Source of the DNA: Actinomycetes bacterium
GTDB taxonomy: Bacteria; Actinomycetota; Actinomycetes; Mycobacteriales; Pseudonocardiaceae
Reading direction: 5' to 3'
Assembly (NCBI GenBank): GCA_021793175.1
Contig: JAJYTH010000001.1
Location: forward strand, 4,211 to 68,210
DNA: 64,000 nucleotides
Part shown: in pieces, positions 19,787-29,734 of the stretch
Position numbering within the stretch: the stretch's first letter is position 1
Layout of the letters: every line of letters begins with the position of its first letter
Position numbers and translations under genes: made by a program
Notes under the pieces: generated by a model
Seen by the model: only the letters and a program-made list of their open reading frames with translations
The model's database searches: none
Told to the model about the DNA's origin: nothing

Positions 19787-19868
19787 GCATCGCTCCCTGT
19801 CGTGCCGGGATAAGTCGAGGAAACGCGGTGCCTCAGATCTCGGGTTCCGAGTTCCGGTTCCGAGTTCC

Positions 19869-20501
19869 TCAGCCTTCAGACGTCGGCTTGTCCACGGTGT
19901 AACGACCCTCGTCGTTGACAACCGTGATCTTCACGCTCTGCTGCTGGCCACCCACGGTGGCGTCGCAGGAGAACGTGTGCCCTTCCTCGACCTTCTGGTC
20001 ACCGGGGCAGCTGACGCCGTCGACCTGCAGTCCGTAGCTTTCCTGCAACACCCGTTGGATGTCGCTTTCCATCTGTGCCCGGTCGAACACCGTCGAGTTC
20101 AGCAGACCCGGTTTCCAGAACAGCACCACACCGGCGGCTGCGAGCACCACCACGGCCACGGCGACACCGATCCACAGTCCCTTGCCGCCCGACTTCTTAC
20201 CCGGCTGCTCCCCCCCGGGCTGAGGTGCGCCGTAGGGCTGCCCGTACCCGGGTTGCTGACCGTACGGGGGCTGCTGGCCGTACAAGTTCTGCTGACCGTA
20301 AGGAGCGGACTGGTCGTACGGGTTCGCAGCGGGCTGTTGGCCGTACTGGGGGTCACCGTAGGGCTGACCGTACCCGGGCTGCTGACCGAAGGCGGGTTGC
20401 TGGCCATACCCACCAGGCTGGGCGAAGCCACCGGATCCGGGATTCGCGGGCGGTTGCTGACCCCATTGCCCGGGGTTGTTGCCTCCGTACGGCGTGCTCA
20501 T
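19869..20501 (-). CDS. Pro/Gly/Gln-rich membrane protein with C-terminal DUF4333 domain (Rv2091c-like)
   Basis: The N-terminal ~100 aa are (P/Q/G/Y) repeats (YGQQPGYGQPYG), followed by one TM helix (LWIGVAVAVVVLAAAGVVLFW) and then a DUF4333-type domain (VSCP...FSCDATV). Its position next to helY matches M. tuberculosis. Confidence 0.8.
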   Translation of the reverse strand: MSTPYGGNNPGQWGQQPPANPGSGGFAQPGGYGQQPAFGQQPGYGQPYGDPQYGQQPAANPYDQSAPYGQQNLYGQQPPYGQQPGYGQPYGAPQPGGEQPGKKSGGKGLWIGVAVAVVVLAAAGVVLFWKPGLLNSTVFDRAQMESDIQRVLQESYGLQVDGVSCPGDQKVEEGHTFSCDATVGGQQQSVKITVVNDEGRYTVDKPTSEG

Positions 20502-20620
20502 CGTGTTGCCTTTCGCCTGCTTTCGCCTATCCGACTGCCACAGCCATGTCAGGTCACGCTGTCACGGCAGGTCCGCCTGCGGGCTGCCGCCCCGAAATAC
20601 AATCACACTCGCCGCGCGGC

Positions 20621-23380
20621 TTACAGCTCCCCTGCCGCGACCACACCGCGTCGAAGTAAGCGGGACGCCTTCCCGGCCGCACCGCCGACTGGGTGTTCCT
20701 TACCGAGCACGTCCCTGATCTGCTCCAGTAGGTCCACCACCTGCCGAGACCATCGTACGAAGTCCCCCGCGGACAGTTCCTGGCCGTTTATCTCAGCGGA
20801 GGTGAGGACCTTCTCCAACGACTCGCCACGTGCCCACCGGTACACCGGCCAGGCGAACCCGGCGTCCGGTTCGCGGGTGCGGTCCAGGCGGTGTCGCCGC
20901 TCGTCCTCCACCAGGTCGCTCCACAGCCGCACCGTCTCCTGCCACGCCGCGCTGACCGGGCCCGACGGCACCTTGGCCTCGGCGGTCGAGTCCCGACGCG
21001 CCTCGTACACCAGGGTGGAGACGACAGCGGCGAGTTCGGCGGGCGCGAGACCGTGCCAGACACGCTGCCGGATACACTCGGCAGCCAACAGGTCCGACTC
21101 GCTGTACAGGCGGGAGAGCAGCTGCCCGTGTTCGGTGACGTCGTCACCGCTCTCGCCGAGATAACCGCGTTCGACCAACAATCGGCGGATGCGGTCGAAG
21201 GCCCGCGCCAGGGAGTGGGTCGTGGCCGCAACCTTGCGCTCGAGTTTCTCGTTGTCCGCCTTCAATCGCTGGTAGCGCTCGACCCAGCGCAGATTGGCCT
21301 CCCGGTCCGCCATGCCGTGGACGGGATGGGCGCGCAACTGCCGCCGCAGCTCCGCCAGCTCGGGATCGGAGTGAGCGTCGGAACGCCACCGTTGCCGCTT
21401 CGGGGGACGGATGCCGGTGTTACGCAGCGAGGAGGCGATGTCCCGACGCGTCTTCGGCGAACGCAGCTCGACGTGCTTGGGCAGCCGCATCCGTCCCAAC
21501 GGTTCCACTGGAGTCGGGAAGTCGGACAGCGACAGGGCACCCGACCACCGGTCCTCGGTGACCACGACGGGCCTCGGTTCGTCGAACTGATCCACTCCCG
21601 GGTCGACGACCACGGCCAGACCCGCGCGCCGACCCGACGGCACGGCGATGACATCGCCCTTGCGGAGTTTCTCCAAGGACTTCGCGGTCTGAGCTCGTCG
21701 CGCGGCCGTGTTCTGCTTCGCGAGTGCCTTCTCCCGGTCCGAGATCTGCTTACGCAGGTCCAGGTAGGACAGCAGCTCGTCGAAGTCGCCGGTGACAGCG
21801 TCGGCGTAGCCGCGCAACGCCTCGGTGTTGCGCTCGATGCGCCGCGACAACCCCACCACCGAACGGTCGGCCTGGAACTGCGCGAACGACTGTTCGAGCA
21901 GCTCCCGAGCCTTCGCCGCGCCGAATCGGCCGACGAGGTTGACGGCCATGTTGTAGCCGGGACGGAACGACGAGCGCAGCGGATACGTACGCGTGGAGGC
22001 CAGGCCGGCAACCTGTCTCGGGTCCACCCCCGGTTGCCACACGACGACCGCGTGCCCCTCGACATCGATGCCGCGCCGTCCCGCGCGACCGGTGAGCTGG
22101 GTGTACTCGCCGGGAGTGAGGTCGACGTGCGCCTCACCGTTGTACTTGACGAGCCGTTCGAGTACGACGGTGCGGGCGGGCATGTTGATGCCCAGGGCAA
22201 GGGTCTCGGTCGCGAACACGACCTTGACCAACCCGCGAACGAACAGCTCCTCGACCGTCTCCTTGAAGGCCGGCAGCATTCCGGCGTGGTGGGCAGCGAT
22301 GCCCTGTTCCAGGCCTTCCCGCCATTCCCAGTAGCCCAACACCTCCAGGTCGCTGTGCGGCAGGTCCGCGGTGCGTTCGTCGACGATGCGCCGCACCTGC
22401 TGGACCTCGTCGGGAGTGTTGAGACGCAACCCGGACCGCAGGCATTGGGTCACGGCAGCGTCGCAGCCCGCGCGGGAGAAGATGAACACGATCGCGGGCA
22501 ACAGCCCGGCCCGATCGAGCCGGTCGACGATCTCGGTGCGGGACGGAGGTCGGTATCGCGGTCCGCGGTAGGGGGCGCCGCCGCGCTTGCCGCGTCCTCG
22601 CAACCCGGCGGGGGCGTGCATACGCGCGGTCTCCTCGACAGCGCGGAGCAACCGGGGGTTGAGCTTGGCCTCGCCGGTCTCGGTGTTCTCCCCGACGAAC
22701 AAATCCAACAGGCGCCCACCGACCAGCATGTGCTGCCACAGCGGCACAGGTCGATGCTCGTCGACCACGACGGCGGTGTCGCCGCGCACCTCGACCAGCC
22801 ATTCCCCGAATTCCTCGGCATTGCTGACGGTCGCCGACAACCCGACCACCCGCACGTAGTCGGGCAGGTGCAGGATCACTTCCTCCCACACCGCACCGCG
22901 GAAGCGGTCCGCGAGGTAGTGCACTTCGTCCAACACGACGTAGCCGAGGTCGTCGAGCGTGGTGGACTCGGCGTACAGCATGTTGCGCAAGACCTCGGTG
23001 GTCATCACCACGATCTGCGCGCCGCCGTTGATGGAGGTGTCACCGGTGAGTAGGCCGACGACATCGGAGCCGTAGCGCTCCACCAGGTCGCCGTACTTCT
23101 GGTTGGACAGCGCCTTGATCGGGGTGGTGTAGAAGCACTTGCGTCCCTCGGCCAACGCCAGGTGGACGGCGAACTCGCCGACGACCGTCTTGCCCGCACC
23201 GGTCGGAGCGCACACGAGCACACCGTGCCCGTCCTCGAGTGCCTCACAGCCCTGCAGCTGGAAATCGTCGAACTCGAACGCCACGTCGGCTGCAAACCGA
23301 GCGAGTTGCGGGTAACGGCCGCGCCGCCGCGCCGCTGCGTAGGCCTCGGCCGGGCTCGGGGATGTAGTGGAGGAGTCCAC
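20621..23380 (-). CDS. helY: Ski2-like DEAD/DEAH-box RNA helicase HelY
   Basis: Motif I APTGAGKT, DEVH, SAT, HHAGMLP and a C-terminal DSHCT-like domain. The start is uncertain (GTG 23380, ATG 23413 or GTG 23443). Confidence 0.9.
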   Translation of the reverse strand: MDSSTTSPSPAEAYAAARRRGRYPQLARFAADVAFEFDDFQLQGCEALEDGHGVLVCAPTGAGKTVVGEFAVHLALAEGRKCFYTTPIKALSNQKYGDLVERYGSDVVGLLTGDTSINGGAQIVVMTTEVLRNMLYAESTTLDDLGYVVLDEVHYLADRFRGAVWEEVILHLPDYVRVVGLSATVSNAEEFGEWLVEVRGDTAVVVDEHRPVPLWQHMLVGGRLLDLFVGENTETGEAKLNPRLLRAVEETARMHAPAGLRGRGKRGGAPYRGPRYRPPSRTEIVDRLDRAGLLPAIVFIFSRAGCDAAVTQCLRSGLRLNTPDEVQQVRRIVDERTADLPHSDLEVLGYWEWREGLEQGIAAHHAGMLPAFKETVEELFVRGLVKVVFATETLALGINMPARTVVLERLVKYNGEAHVDLTPGEYTQLTGRAGRRGIDVEGHAVVVWQPGVDPRQVAGLASTRTYPLRSSFRPGYNMAVNLVGRFGAAKARELLEQSFAQFQADRSVVGLSRRIERNTEALRGYADAVTGDFDELLSYLDLRKQISDREKALAKQNTAARRAQTAKSLEKLRKGDVIAVPSGRRAGLAVVVDPGVDQFDEPRPVVVTEDRWSGALSLSDFPTPVEPLGRMRLPKHVELRSPKTRRDIASSLRNTGIRPPKRQRWRSDAHSDPELAELRRQLRAHPVHGMADREANLRWVERYQRLKADNEKLERKVAATTHSLARAFDRIRRLLVERGYLGESGDDVTEHGQLLSRLYSESDLLAAECIRQRVWHGLAPAELAAVVSTLVYEARRDSTAEAKVPSGPVSAAWQETVRLWSDLVEDERRHRLDRTREPDAGFAWPVYRWARGESLEKVLTSAEINGQELSAGDFVRWSRQVVDLLEQIRDVLGKEHPVGGAAGKASRLLRRGVVAAGEL

Positions 23381-23620
23381 GAACGCCAGGGTTTCACATC
23401 CCGCTGAACACATGCACGGGGTGGTGTCGTAGTGAACGACCACACCGAGGTCGGGCCCCGGAAAACGACCTCCGAGCAGGTTCTTGGGCCTTTCCGACCA
23501 TGGGTCCCGAACGTAGGCGAGTCACGCCGCACCGTGCGCACGGCGTCCCACTCTGCGCGGTTTCGGCCACTGCCTCGTTCGGCTGCCACGCGTCATCGAC
23601 GTCGTATCCGTGGCTCGGAA

Positions 23621-24544
23621 TCAGGCCAGGACGTGTAAGGCTTCCGGCGTACACGTCACCGCCACCGGAAGAGTGCCCAATTCGTCACCGTCGGCGAACA
23701 CCGGCCATCGCGTCCCACCTTCGGTGTCTCCACCGTGGACTTCGATCCGCACCCGCGAGGCACGCAAGGTATGCACGGCGGGATGCCGCACGTGGGCTCC
23801 GGTGCGTAGACGGGGCAGTATCCGCGCCAACTGCAGCCTGCTCACCCGCCCCACCACCGTGACGTCGAACAGTCCGTCGTCGGGCCGCGCGCCCGGACAG
23901 ATCGGCACACCACCGCCGTAGAACGCCGTGTTGCCCACCGCCACCAGAGTGGCCTCGGTGGTCACCCGGCCCGCGTCGGTGTCCACCACGATCGGCTGCG
24001 CACGCAGCGACATCAGCTCCCGTATCAGGGCAACGTCGTAGCGCCGTGCTCCGGACGGCCAGGGCAGACGATTGGCGCGCGCGTTGACGGCCGCGTCGAA
24101 ACCCGTGCACAGCACCGTGCCGAACCGACGTGCCGTCCCCGAGCCGACACCCTCCGCCCGGCCCACATCGACCAGCCGGCGCCGTCCACTTCGTAACGCT
24201 GCCAGCAAGTCCTCCACGGCCTTCGCGGGGTGGGTGGGCAGTCCCAGGGCCCGGGCGAAGTCGTTCCCGGTCCCCAACGGCACCAGCCCCAACGCCACCT
24301 CGGTGTCGACACAGCACTGCACGGCCTGGTGCATGGCACCGTCCCCGCCGAGTACGACGAGTGCGTCCAAACCCAAAGCGCGGCACTCCGCCACCTGCTC
24401 ACGGAATCGCTGCGGCGTGTCCGCGGTGATCAGCACCAGGTCGTCGACCTCCGCGCGCAGGCGCTCGGCGACCGTGCCGGCTATGCGTGCAGCCGCCCCC
24501 TGCCCGGAACCGGGGTGCACGGCCAACGCCACTCGTCGTCCCAT
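23621..24544 (-). CDS. diacylglycerol kinase family lipid kinase (YegS/BmrU-like)
   Basis: DAGK_cat motifs (VLGGDGAMHQ, PLGTGNDFAR). The ATG lies 3 nt after the tatC stop, so co-transcription is likely. Confidence 0.85.
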   Translation of the reverse strand: MGRRVALAVHPGSGQGAAARIAGTVAERLRAEVDDLVLITADTPQRFREQVAECRALGLDALVVLGGDGAMHQAVQCCVDTEVALGLVPLGTGNDFARALGLPTHPAKAVEDLLAALRSGRRRLVDVGRAEGVGSGTARRFGTVLCTGFDAAVNARANRLPWPSGARRYDVALIRELMSLRAQPIVVDTDAGRVTTEATLVAVGNTAFYGGGVPICPGARPDDGLFDVTVVGRVSRLQLARILPRLRTGAHVRHPAVHTLRASRVRIEVHGGDTEGGTRWPVFADGDELGTLPVAVTCTPEALHVLA

Positions 24545-24547
24545 GCG

Positions 24548-25501
24548 TTACGTGATGTCGTCGATGTTGGTCTTACGGCCACCGGAGGCGGTGTCGGACT
24601 CGTCGTCGATCGTGCTCGGCACGTAGTCGAACGGGGCGGGCTCGTCGTCGGCGAGCTTGTCCCAGTCCTCCTCGCCGCGTCGCCGGGCCTTGCGTTTGTC
24701 GTGGATGCGGGTGACCTGCAACGCCAGCTCCAACAGCAGGGTCAACGCACCCGCCAACGCCAGCATGGAGAACGGGTCGGCCGGGGTCACGAAGGCCGCG
24801 AACACGAACGCGATGAAGATCAGCCCGCGCCGCCACTTGCTCAGCTGCGCATAGCTCACCACGCCCACCCGGTTGAGCATGATGACCAGCAGGGGTACCT
24901 CGAAACTCACCCCGAAGATCAACAACAGGGACAGTACGAACGACACGTACTTGTCACCGGTGAACCAGGTGTCGAACGCGTCACCGCCGAAGTTCACCAG
25001 GATCTCCAGCGCGAACGGCACCAGCACGTACGCAAGTACCGCGCCCAGAGCGAACAACGCGCTCGCGAATCCCACGAACGTGAGCGCGTAACGGCGTTCC
25101 CTCGAGTACAGCCCCGGGGCGATGAACGCCCACAGCTGGTACAGCCACACCGGGGAGAACAGCACCGCGCCCGCGGTCAGACCCACCTTCAGCTGGATCA
25201 TGAACGCTTCGAACGGCACGGTCTGCAACAGCCGACACGGTGGGTCCTTCGGGAACCGTTTGTCGGCCGGGATCGCGCAATACGGGCCGGTGACGAGGTC
25301 ACCGAGGGACGGGATGGGGCCCACTCGGTTGGAGAACCAGAGGAATCCCAGGACACCACCCGCGACGATCGCGAGCAGCGCGAACCCCAGGCGACGGCGA
25401 AACTCGTAGATATGCTCGATCAGCGTCATCGTGCCGTCGGGATTGTGCCGACGACTGCGTTTGCGCCGCTTGCTCTCGCGACTGTTCGAGGAGTCCGCCA
25501 C
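24548..25501 (-). CDS. tatC: twin-arginine translocase subunit TatC
   Basis: MTLIEHIYEFRRRL..., six TM helices, and a basic N-terminal extension as in mycobacterial TatC. Confidence 0.95.
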   Translation of the reverse strand: MADSSNSRESKRRKRSRRHNPDGTMTLIEHIYEFRRRLGFALLAIVAGGVLGFLWFSNRVGPIPSLGDLVTGPYCAIPADKRFPKDPPCRLLQTVPFEAFMIQLKVGLTAGAVLFSPVWLYQLWAFIAPGLYSRERRYALTFVGFASALFALGAVLAYVLVPFALEILVNFGGDAFDTWFTGDKYVSFVLSLLLIFGVSFEVPLLVIMLNRVGVVSYAQLSKWRRGLIFIAFVFAAFVTPADPFSMLALAGALTLLLELALQVTRIHDKRKARRRGEEDWDKLADDEPAPFDYVPSTIDDESDTASGGRKTNIDDIT

Positions 25502-25559
25502 GAACCGTGTCCGTTCTCGTCCCGTGTTGTCGAATCAGACCTGAAAAGGTGAACCGTGG

Positions 25560-25904
25560 TCAGCTCGCGTTCTTCTGCTCCTGCTGCTGCGCGGCCTGCT
25601 GCCGCTTCAGCTCGTCGAGCTGCCGCTGCAGCTGCTCCACCTTCTCATCGGTGCTCGTGCTGCTCGCCGCCGGCGTAGTGGTGGACTCGGGCAGCTGGCG
25701 GGTGTCGGGCTCGGTCGTCGCGGACGTGGCCGTCTCCGAATCAGCGGCCTGACCGGATTCCCGCATCCCCTTGGTCTCGGCCTTGAAGATCTTCATCGAC
25801 TTACCGATCGACCTGGCCGCGTCGGGCAGGCGCTTGGCGCCGAACAGCAGAACCACGACAAGAACCAGAATGATCAAGTGCCACGGCTGCAACGCATTAG
25901 CCAT
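25560..25904 (-). CDS. tatA: twin-arginine translocase subunit TatA/E
   Basis: [35 protein letters not shown] is the TM segment plus amphipathic helix. The C-terminal tail is long and acidic/Gln-rich. Confidence 0.9.
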   Translation of the reverse strand: MANALQPWHLIILVLVVVLLFGAKRLPDAARSIGKSMKIFKAETKGMRESGQAADSETATSATTEPDTRQLPESTTTPAASSTSTDEKVEQLQRQLDELKRQQAAQQQEQKNAS

Positions 25905-25924
25905 CGCCTGGCCTCCTTACTCGT

Positions 25925-26161
25925 TCAGAGTCGATCGTACTGTGGTGCCGTGCTGTCGCCTCGGCGACGGCGGCGTTCCGTGATCGCGACACGTACCGCC
26001 GCGGATCGCGCCCGCAACAACCCGACCCGATCGCTGGTGTGAGCCGCCACCATGCTGGCCGTCACACGATAGGTGCGCAAGAGTCGAAGGACGCGAAAAC
26101 CGACGAGTCCACAAGCGGCTGCCGCGACCACAACCAGCGCAACACTCACCACGTACACCAC
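25925..26161 (-). CDS. hypothetical small membrane protein
   Basis: 78-aa ORF whose GTG start lies 10 nt after the pafC stop. It has one N-terminal TM helix (VVSVALVVVAAAACGLVGF) and an Arg-rich tail. Third-position GC is only moderate, and I recognise no homology. Confidence 0.35.
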   Translation of the reverse strand: MVYVVSVALVVVAAAACGLVGFRVLRLLRTYRVTASMVAAHTSDRVGLLRARSAAVRVAITERRRRRGDSTAPQYDRL

Positions 26162-26171
26162 AGCGACCAGC

Positions 26172-27152
26172 CTAGCCAGCCAAAGTTGCAGCGAGGTGAC
26201 GAGTTCGGGCCAACGCCTCGGCCGCCCGCTGTCGTACAGCTTGCGCCACGTGTTCGGGCCGCTCCACCGTCGCCTCTCCCCGCAACCGCAGAATCAGCCG
26301 CACCAGCCAGGACTCGTCGCCGTACCGCATCCGCACCCGCAGTCGGCCGCCCTCCAGTTCGGCCAGCTCCTCACACGGGTAGTACTCGGCCACCCACCGC
26401 GCGTCGGGCTCCAGCACCAGCTCGGCCTCCGGGTACTCCGGGCTCTGCGGGAACACCCCTTCCGACAAGTCCTTCGGGGTGGCGGTCTCGGGCGGGGCCG
26501 CTTGCTCGGACAGCATCGTCAACTCGTCTATCCGATCCAGCCGGAACAGTCGCACCGCCTCCGCCCGGCGACACCACGCCTCCAGGTAGCTGATGCCCTG
26601 CACGATCAGCAGTCGCATCGGGTCCACCGTGCGTTCACTGAGCGCGTCCTTCGACGCCGTGTAGTAACGCAGCCACAGCGCTCGCCGCTCCTGCAACGCC
26701 TCCCGCACCCGTTCCCTAGTCTCAGCGGTGCTCTCCGCCTCGCGCACACCGTGGCCCACCACCACGCCGGACGGGCGGGAGTCCCCCGAGGCGGCCTCGA
26801 TCTTGCCGATCGCCCGATGTACCGCGTCGACGTCCACCGCCCCCGGAGTCTCCGCCAACGACCGCAGTGCGATCAGTAACGCGCTCGCCTCCGCTCCCGT
26901 CAGCCGCAACGGCCTGCGCATCCCGGCGTCGTAGGTCACCGACACCGTGTCTCCGTCGAACGACAGGTCGATCAGGTCTCCCGGCCCATAGCCGGGCAGG
27001 CCGCACATCCACAGCAGTTCCAGGTCCTTGCGCAACTGCCTGGGAGTGACATCGAAGTCCCGCGCCACCTCGTCGATCCGGACACCCGGCCGGGCCAGCA
27101 GGTACGGGACCAACGTCAGCAAGCGGGGCAACCGATCGCCCGAGCCGCTCAC
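26172..27152 (-). CDS. pafC: proteasome accessory factor PafC (HTH-WYL regulator)
   Basis: N-terminal wHTH (RLLTLVPYLLARPG...) and a WYL-type domain. It shares a GTGA start/stop overlap with pafB. It is syntenic with the pafABC operon. Confidence 0.85.
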   Translation of the reverse strand: MSGSGDRLPRLLTLVPYLLARPGVRIDEVARDFDVTPRQLRKDLELLWMCGLPGYGPGDLIDLSFDGDTVSVTYDAGMRRPLRLTGAEASALLIALRSLAETPGAVDVDAVHRAIGKIEAASGDSRPSGVVVGHGVREAESTAETRERVREALQERRALWLRYYTASKDALSERTVDPMRLLIVQGISYLEAWCRRAEAVRLFRLDRIDELTMLSEQAAPPETATPKDLSEGVFPQSPEYPEAELVLEPDARWVAEYYPCEELAELEGGRLRVRMRYGDESWLVRLILRLRGEATVERPEHVAQAVRQRAAEALARTRHLAATLAG

Positions 27153-28132
27153 CGCGACACCCCCTGCACCACGCGTTCCCACCGGTCGGCCACCGCCTTG
27201 GCCAACACGTCCGGTTCCAGCACGAGAGCGTCAGGGCCGTGTCCGGCGATCCAGTCCGCCGCACTCTCCGGAAACCACAGGTCCAGCTCCACCACGTCGC
27301 CGTCCACGTCGGCCACCGTCCTACGCCCGACCACGCGGGCCTGGCGGCGGATCCCCACCGCACGGCCTTCCGCCAGCCACAGACGCGCCCGCATCACCGG
27401 CGCCGTGTTCCGCTCCCCGCTGCCGACACCCGCCACGAACTCGACGAGGTTCACATCGGCGGGCCTGTTCACCACACCGGGCCTGCCCACCGTCCGTACG
27501 GGCCCGGTGATCCGCGAAAGCCGGAAACACCTCGGCGCGTTCCGGTCCCGGTCATGCCCCACCAGATACCAGCGGGCTCGCCACGACACCACGCCCCATG
27601 GCTCGACCACGCGGGATCGCCGCTCCGGCGAATCCGCACGCCGGTAGTCGAACCGCACCGCCTGCCCCCGTTGCACCGCCGACAGCAACGGCGCGAACGC
27701 GGGCTCCGCGTGCACCCTCGGCTCCACGGGTGTCGTCGCGTTCTCGTCGACCTCCACCCCCGCGGCACGCAATTTCACCAACGCGCTGTGCGCCTGTCCC
27801 GTCAGCTCGGGCGAATCCCACAATCGTGCGGCCAGCCCGACCGCCGCGGCCTCGTCCGGCGACAGCTCGATCTCCCCCAGCTCGTAGTCACGCCGCGCGA
27901 TCCGGTATCCCTCGACCGCGTCGAACACCGAATTCCGGCCGGTCTCCAGCGGGATACCCAGCTCACGTAGCTCCGCCTTGTCCCGTTCGAACATGCGGCC
28001 GAACGCCTCGTCGCTCGGGGCATCGACGTATCCGGGCACGATGCCGCGAATCCGCTCGGCGGTCAGGTATTGCCGCGTCGACAACAGGGCGAGCACCAAG
28101 TTCACCAGGCGCTCAGCACGGGCAGTGGACAT
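27149..28132 (-). CDS. pafB: proteasome accessory factor PafB (HTH-WYL regulator)
   Basis: MSTARAERLVNLVLALLSTRQYLT is the HTH, and the WYL region includes VVSWRARWYLVGHD. It sits directly downstream of pafA. Confidence 0.85.
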   Translation of the reverse strand: MSTARAERLVNLVLALLSTRQYLTAERIRGIVPGYVDAPSDEAFGRMFERDKAELRELGIPLETGRNSVFDAVEGYRIARRDYELGEIELSPDEAAAVGLAARLWDSPELTGQAHSALVKLRAAGVEVDENATTPVEPRVHAEPAFAPLLSAVQRGQAVRFDYRRADSPERRSRVVEPWGVVSWRARWYLVGHDRDRNAPRCFRLSRITGPVRTVGRPGVVNRPADVNLVEFVAGVGSGERNTAPVMRARLWLAEGRAVGIRRQARVVGRRTVADVDGDVVELDLWFPESAADWIAGHGPDALVLEPDVLAKAVADRWERVVQGVSR

Positions 28133-28239
28133 CCCCACAACCATATCGCCCACCCCACCCGCCACTTGTAGGTCAGGTCACCATCGGTTGGGGTGGGCTC
28201 GGGTGGGTCAAGGTCGCTGCGGCCCGACCCACTCGGCAC

Positions 28240-29598
28240 TCACAACGAGTTGATCAGCCGTTCCACCCGTTCGTCCACCGACCGGAACGGGTCCTTGCAC
28301 AGCACCGTCCGCTGCGCCTGGTCGTTCAACTTCAGATGGACCCAGTCCACCGTGAAGTCCCGCCCCGCCTCCTGCGCCGCGGCGATGAAGTCACCCCGCA
28401 ACTTCGCCCGAGTGGTCTGCGGAGGGCTGTCCTTGGCCAGCTCGATCTCACCATCATCGGTGATCCGACGTACCAGGCCCTTCCGCTGTAATAGATCGAA
28501 CACGCCACGCCCACGCCGAATGTCGTGGTAGGCCAGGTCCAGCTGGGCCACCCGCGGATCCGACAACGTCAAGTTGTGCTTGCTGCGGTAACGCTCCACC
28601 AGCCGGTGCTTGATCGCCCAGTCGATCTCGGTGTCGATGCCCGAGAAGTCCTGCTGCTCCACAGCATCCAGAGCCCGACCCCAAAGATCGATCATGTACT
28701 GCGTCATCGGCGACCCGCCGGTCGACTCCACATGCTGCACCGCACGTGCGTAGTACTCCCGCTGGATCTCCAACGCCGACGCCTCCCGGCCACCGGCCAG
28801 TCGAACCTGACGCCGTCCCGTCAGGTCATGGCTGATCTCCCGGATCGCCCGAATCGGATTGTCCAGTGTGAAGTCCCGGAACTGCACGCCCTCCTCGATC
28901 ATCTGGAGGACGAGATGCACCGAACCGACCTTCAACAACGTCGTCGGTTCCGCCATGTTCGAATCCCCGACGATCACATGCAGCCTGCGGTACCGCTCCG
29001 CATCGGCGTGCGGCTCGTCCCGCGTGTTGATGATCGGACGTGACCGCGTCGTCGCGCTCGACACGCCTTCCCAGATGTGCTCGGCACGCTGGGACAGGCA
29101 GTACACCCCGCCACGGGGAGTCTGCAGCACCTTCCCCGCCCCGCACACCAACTGCCGCGTCACCAGAAACGGCAGCAACACGTCCGCCACCCGCGAGAAC
29201 TCACCCGCACGTGTCACCAGATAGTTCTCGTGACACCCGTACGAGTTACCCGCCGAGTCGGTGTTGTTCTTGAACAGGAAGATATCGCCGCCGATCCCCT
29301 CGTCGGCGAGGCGGCGTTCCGCGTCGATCAGCAGATCCTCCAGAACCCGCTCGCCCGCCTTGTCATGCGTCACCAGCTGCGTGAGGTCGTCACACTCGGC
29401 GGTCGCGTACTCGGGATGCGACCCCACGTCCAGGTACAGCCGGGAACCGTTGGACAAGAACACATTCGAGGACCGACCCCACGACACCACCCGCCGAAAC
29501 AGGTAGCGCGCCACTTCGTCGGGGGACAACCTGCGCTGTCCGTGAAAGGTGCAGGTGACCCCGAACTCGGTTTCGATCCCAAAGATCCGCCGCTGCAT
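28240..29598 (-). CDS. pafA: Pup--protein ligase PafA
   Basis: [13 protein letters not shown]..., 452 aa, carboxylate-amine ligase fold. It is a paralogue of the Dop gene in this window. Confidence 0.95.
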   Translation of the reverse strand: MQRRIFGIETEFGVTCTFHGQRRLSPDEVARYLFRRVVSWGRSSNVFLSNGSRLYLDVGSHPEYATAECDDLTQLVTHDKAGERVLEDLLIDAERRLADEGIGGDIFLFKNNTDSAGNSYGCHENYLVTRAGEFSRVADVLLPFLVTRQLVCGAGKVLQTPRGGVYCLSQRAEHIWEGVSSATTRSRPIINTRDEPHADAERYRRLHVIVGDSNMAEPTTLLKVGSVHLVLQMIEEGVQFRDFTLDNPIRAIREISHDLTGRRQVRLAGGREASALEIQREYYARAVQHVESTGGSPMTQYMIDLWGRALDAVEQQDFSGIDTEIDWAIKHRLVERYRSKHNLTLSDPRVAQLDLAYHDIRRGRGVFDLLQRKGLVRRITDDGEIELAKDSPPQTTRAKLRGDFIAAAQEAGRDFTVDWVHLKLNDQAQRTVLCKDPFRSVDERVERLINSL

Positions 29599-29734
29599 CC
29601 TTCAAGGGTAGGCGCTTTTCGCCACGGTACGGTGAACGAAACAGATTCAAGACCGAGGTGGCCTAATCATCGACCTCCGCACCACCCGACTGACGCACCG
29701 TTTGCGTCACGTCAGCGCCGTCGATCGTCACGCC

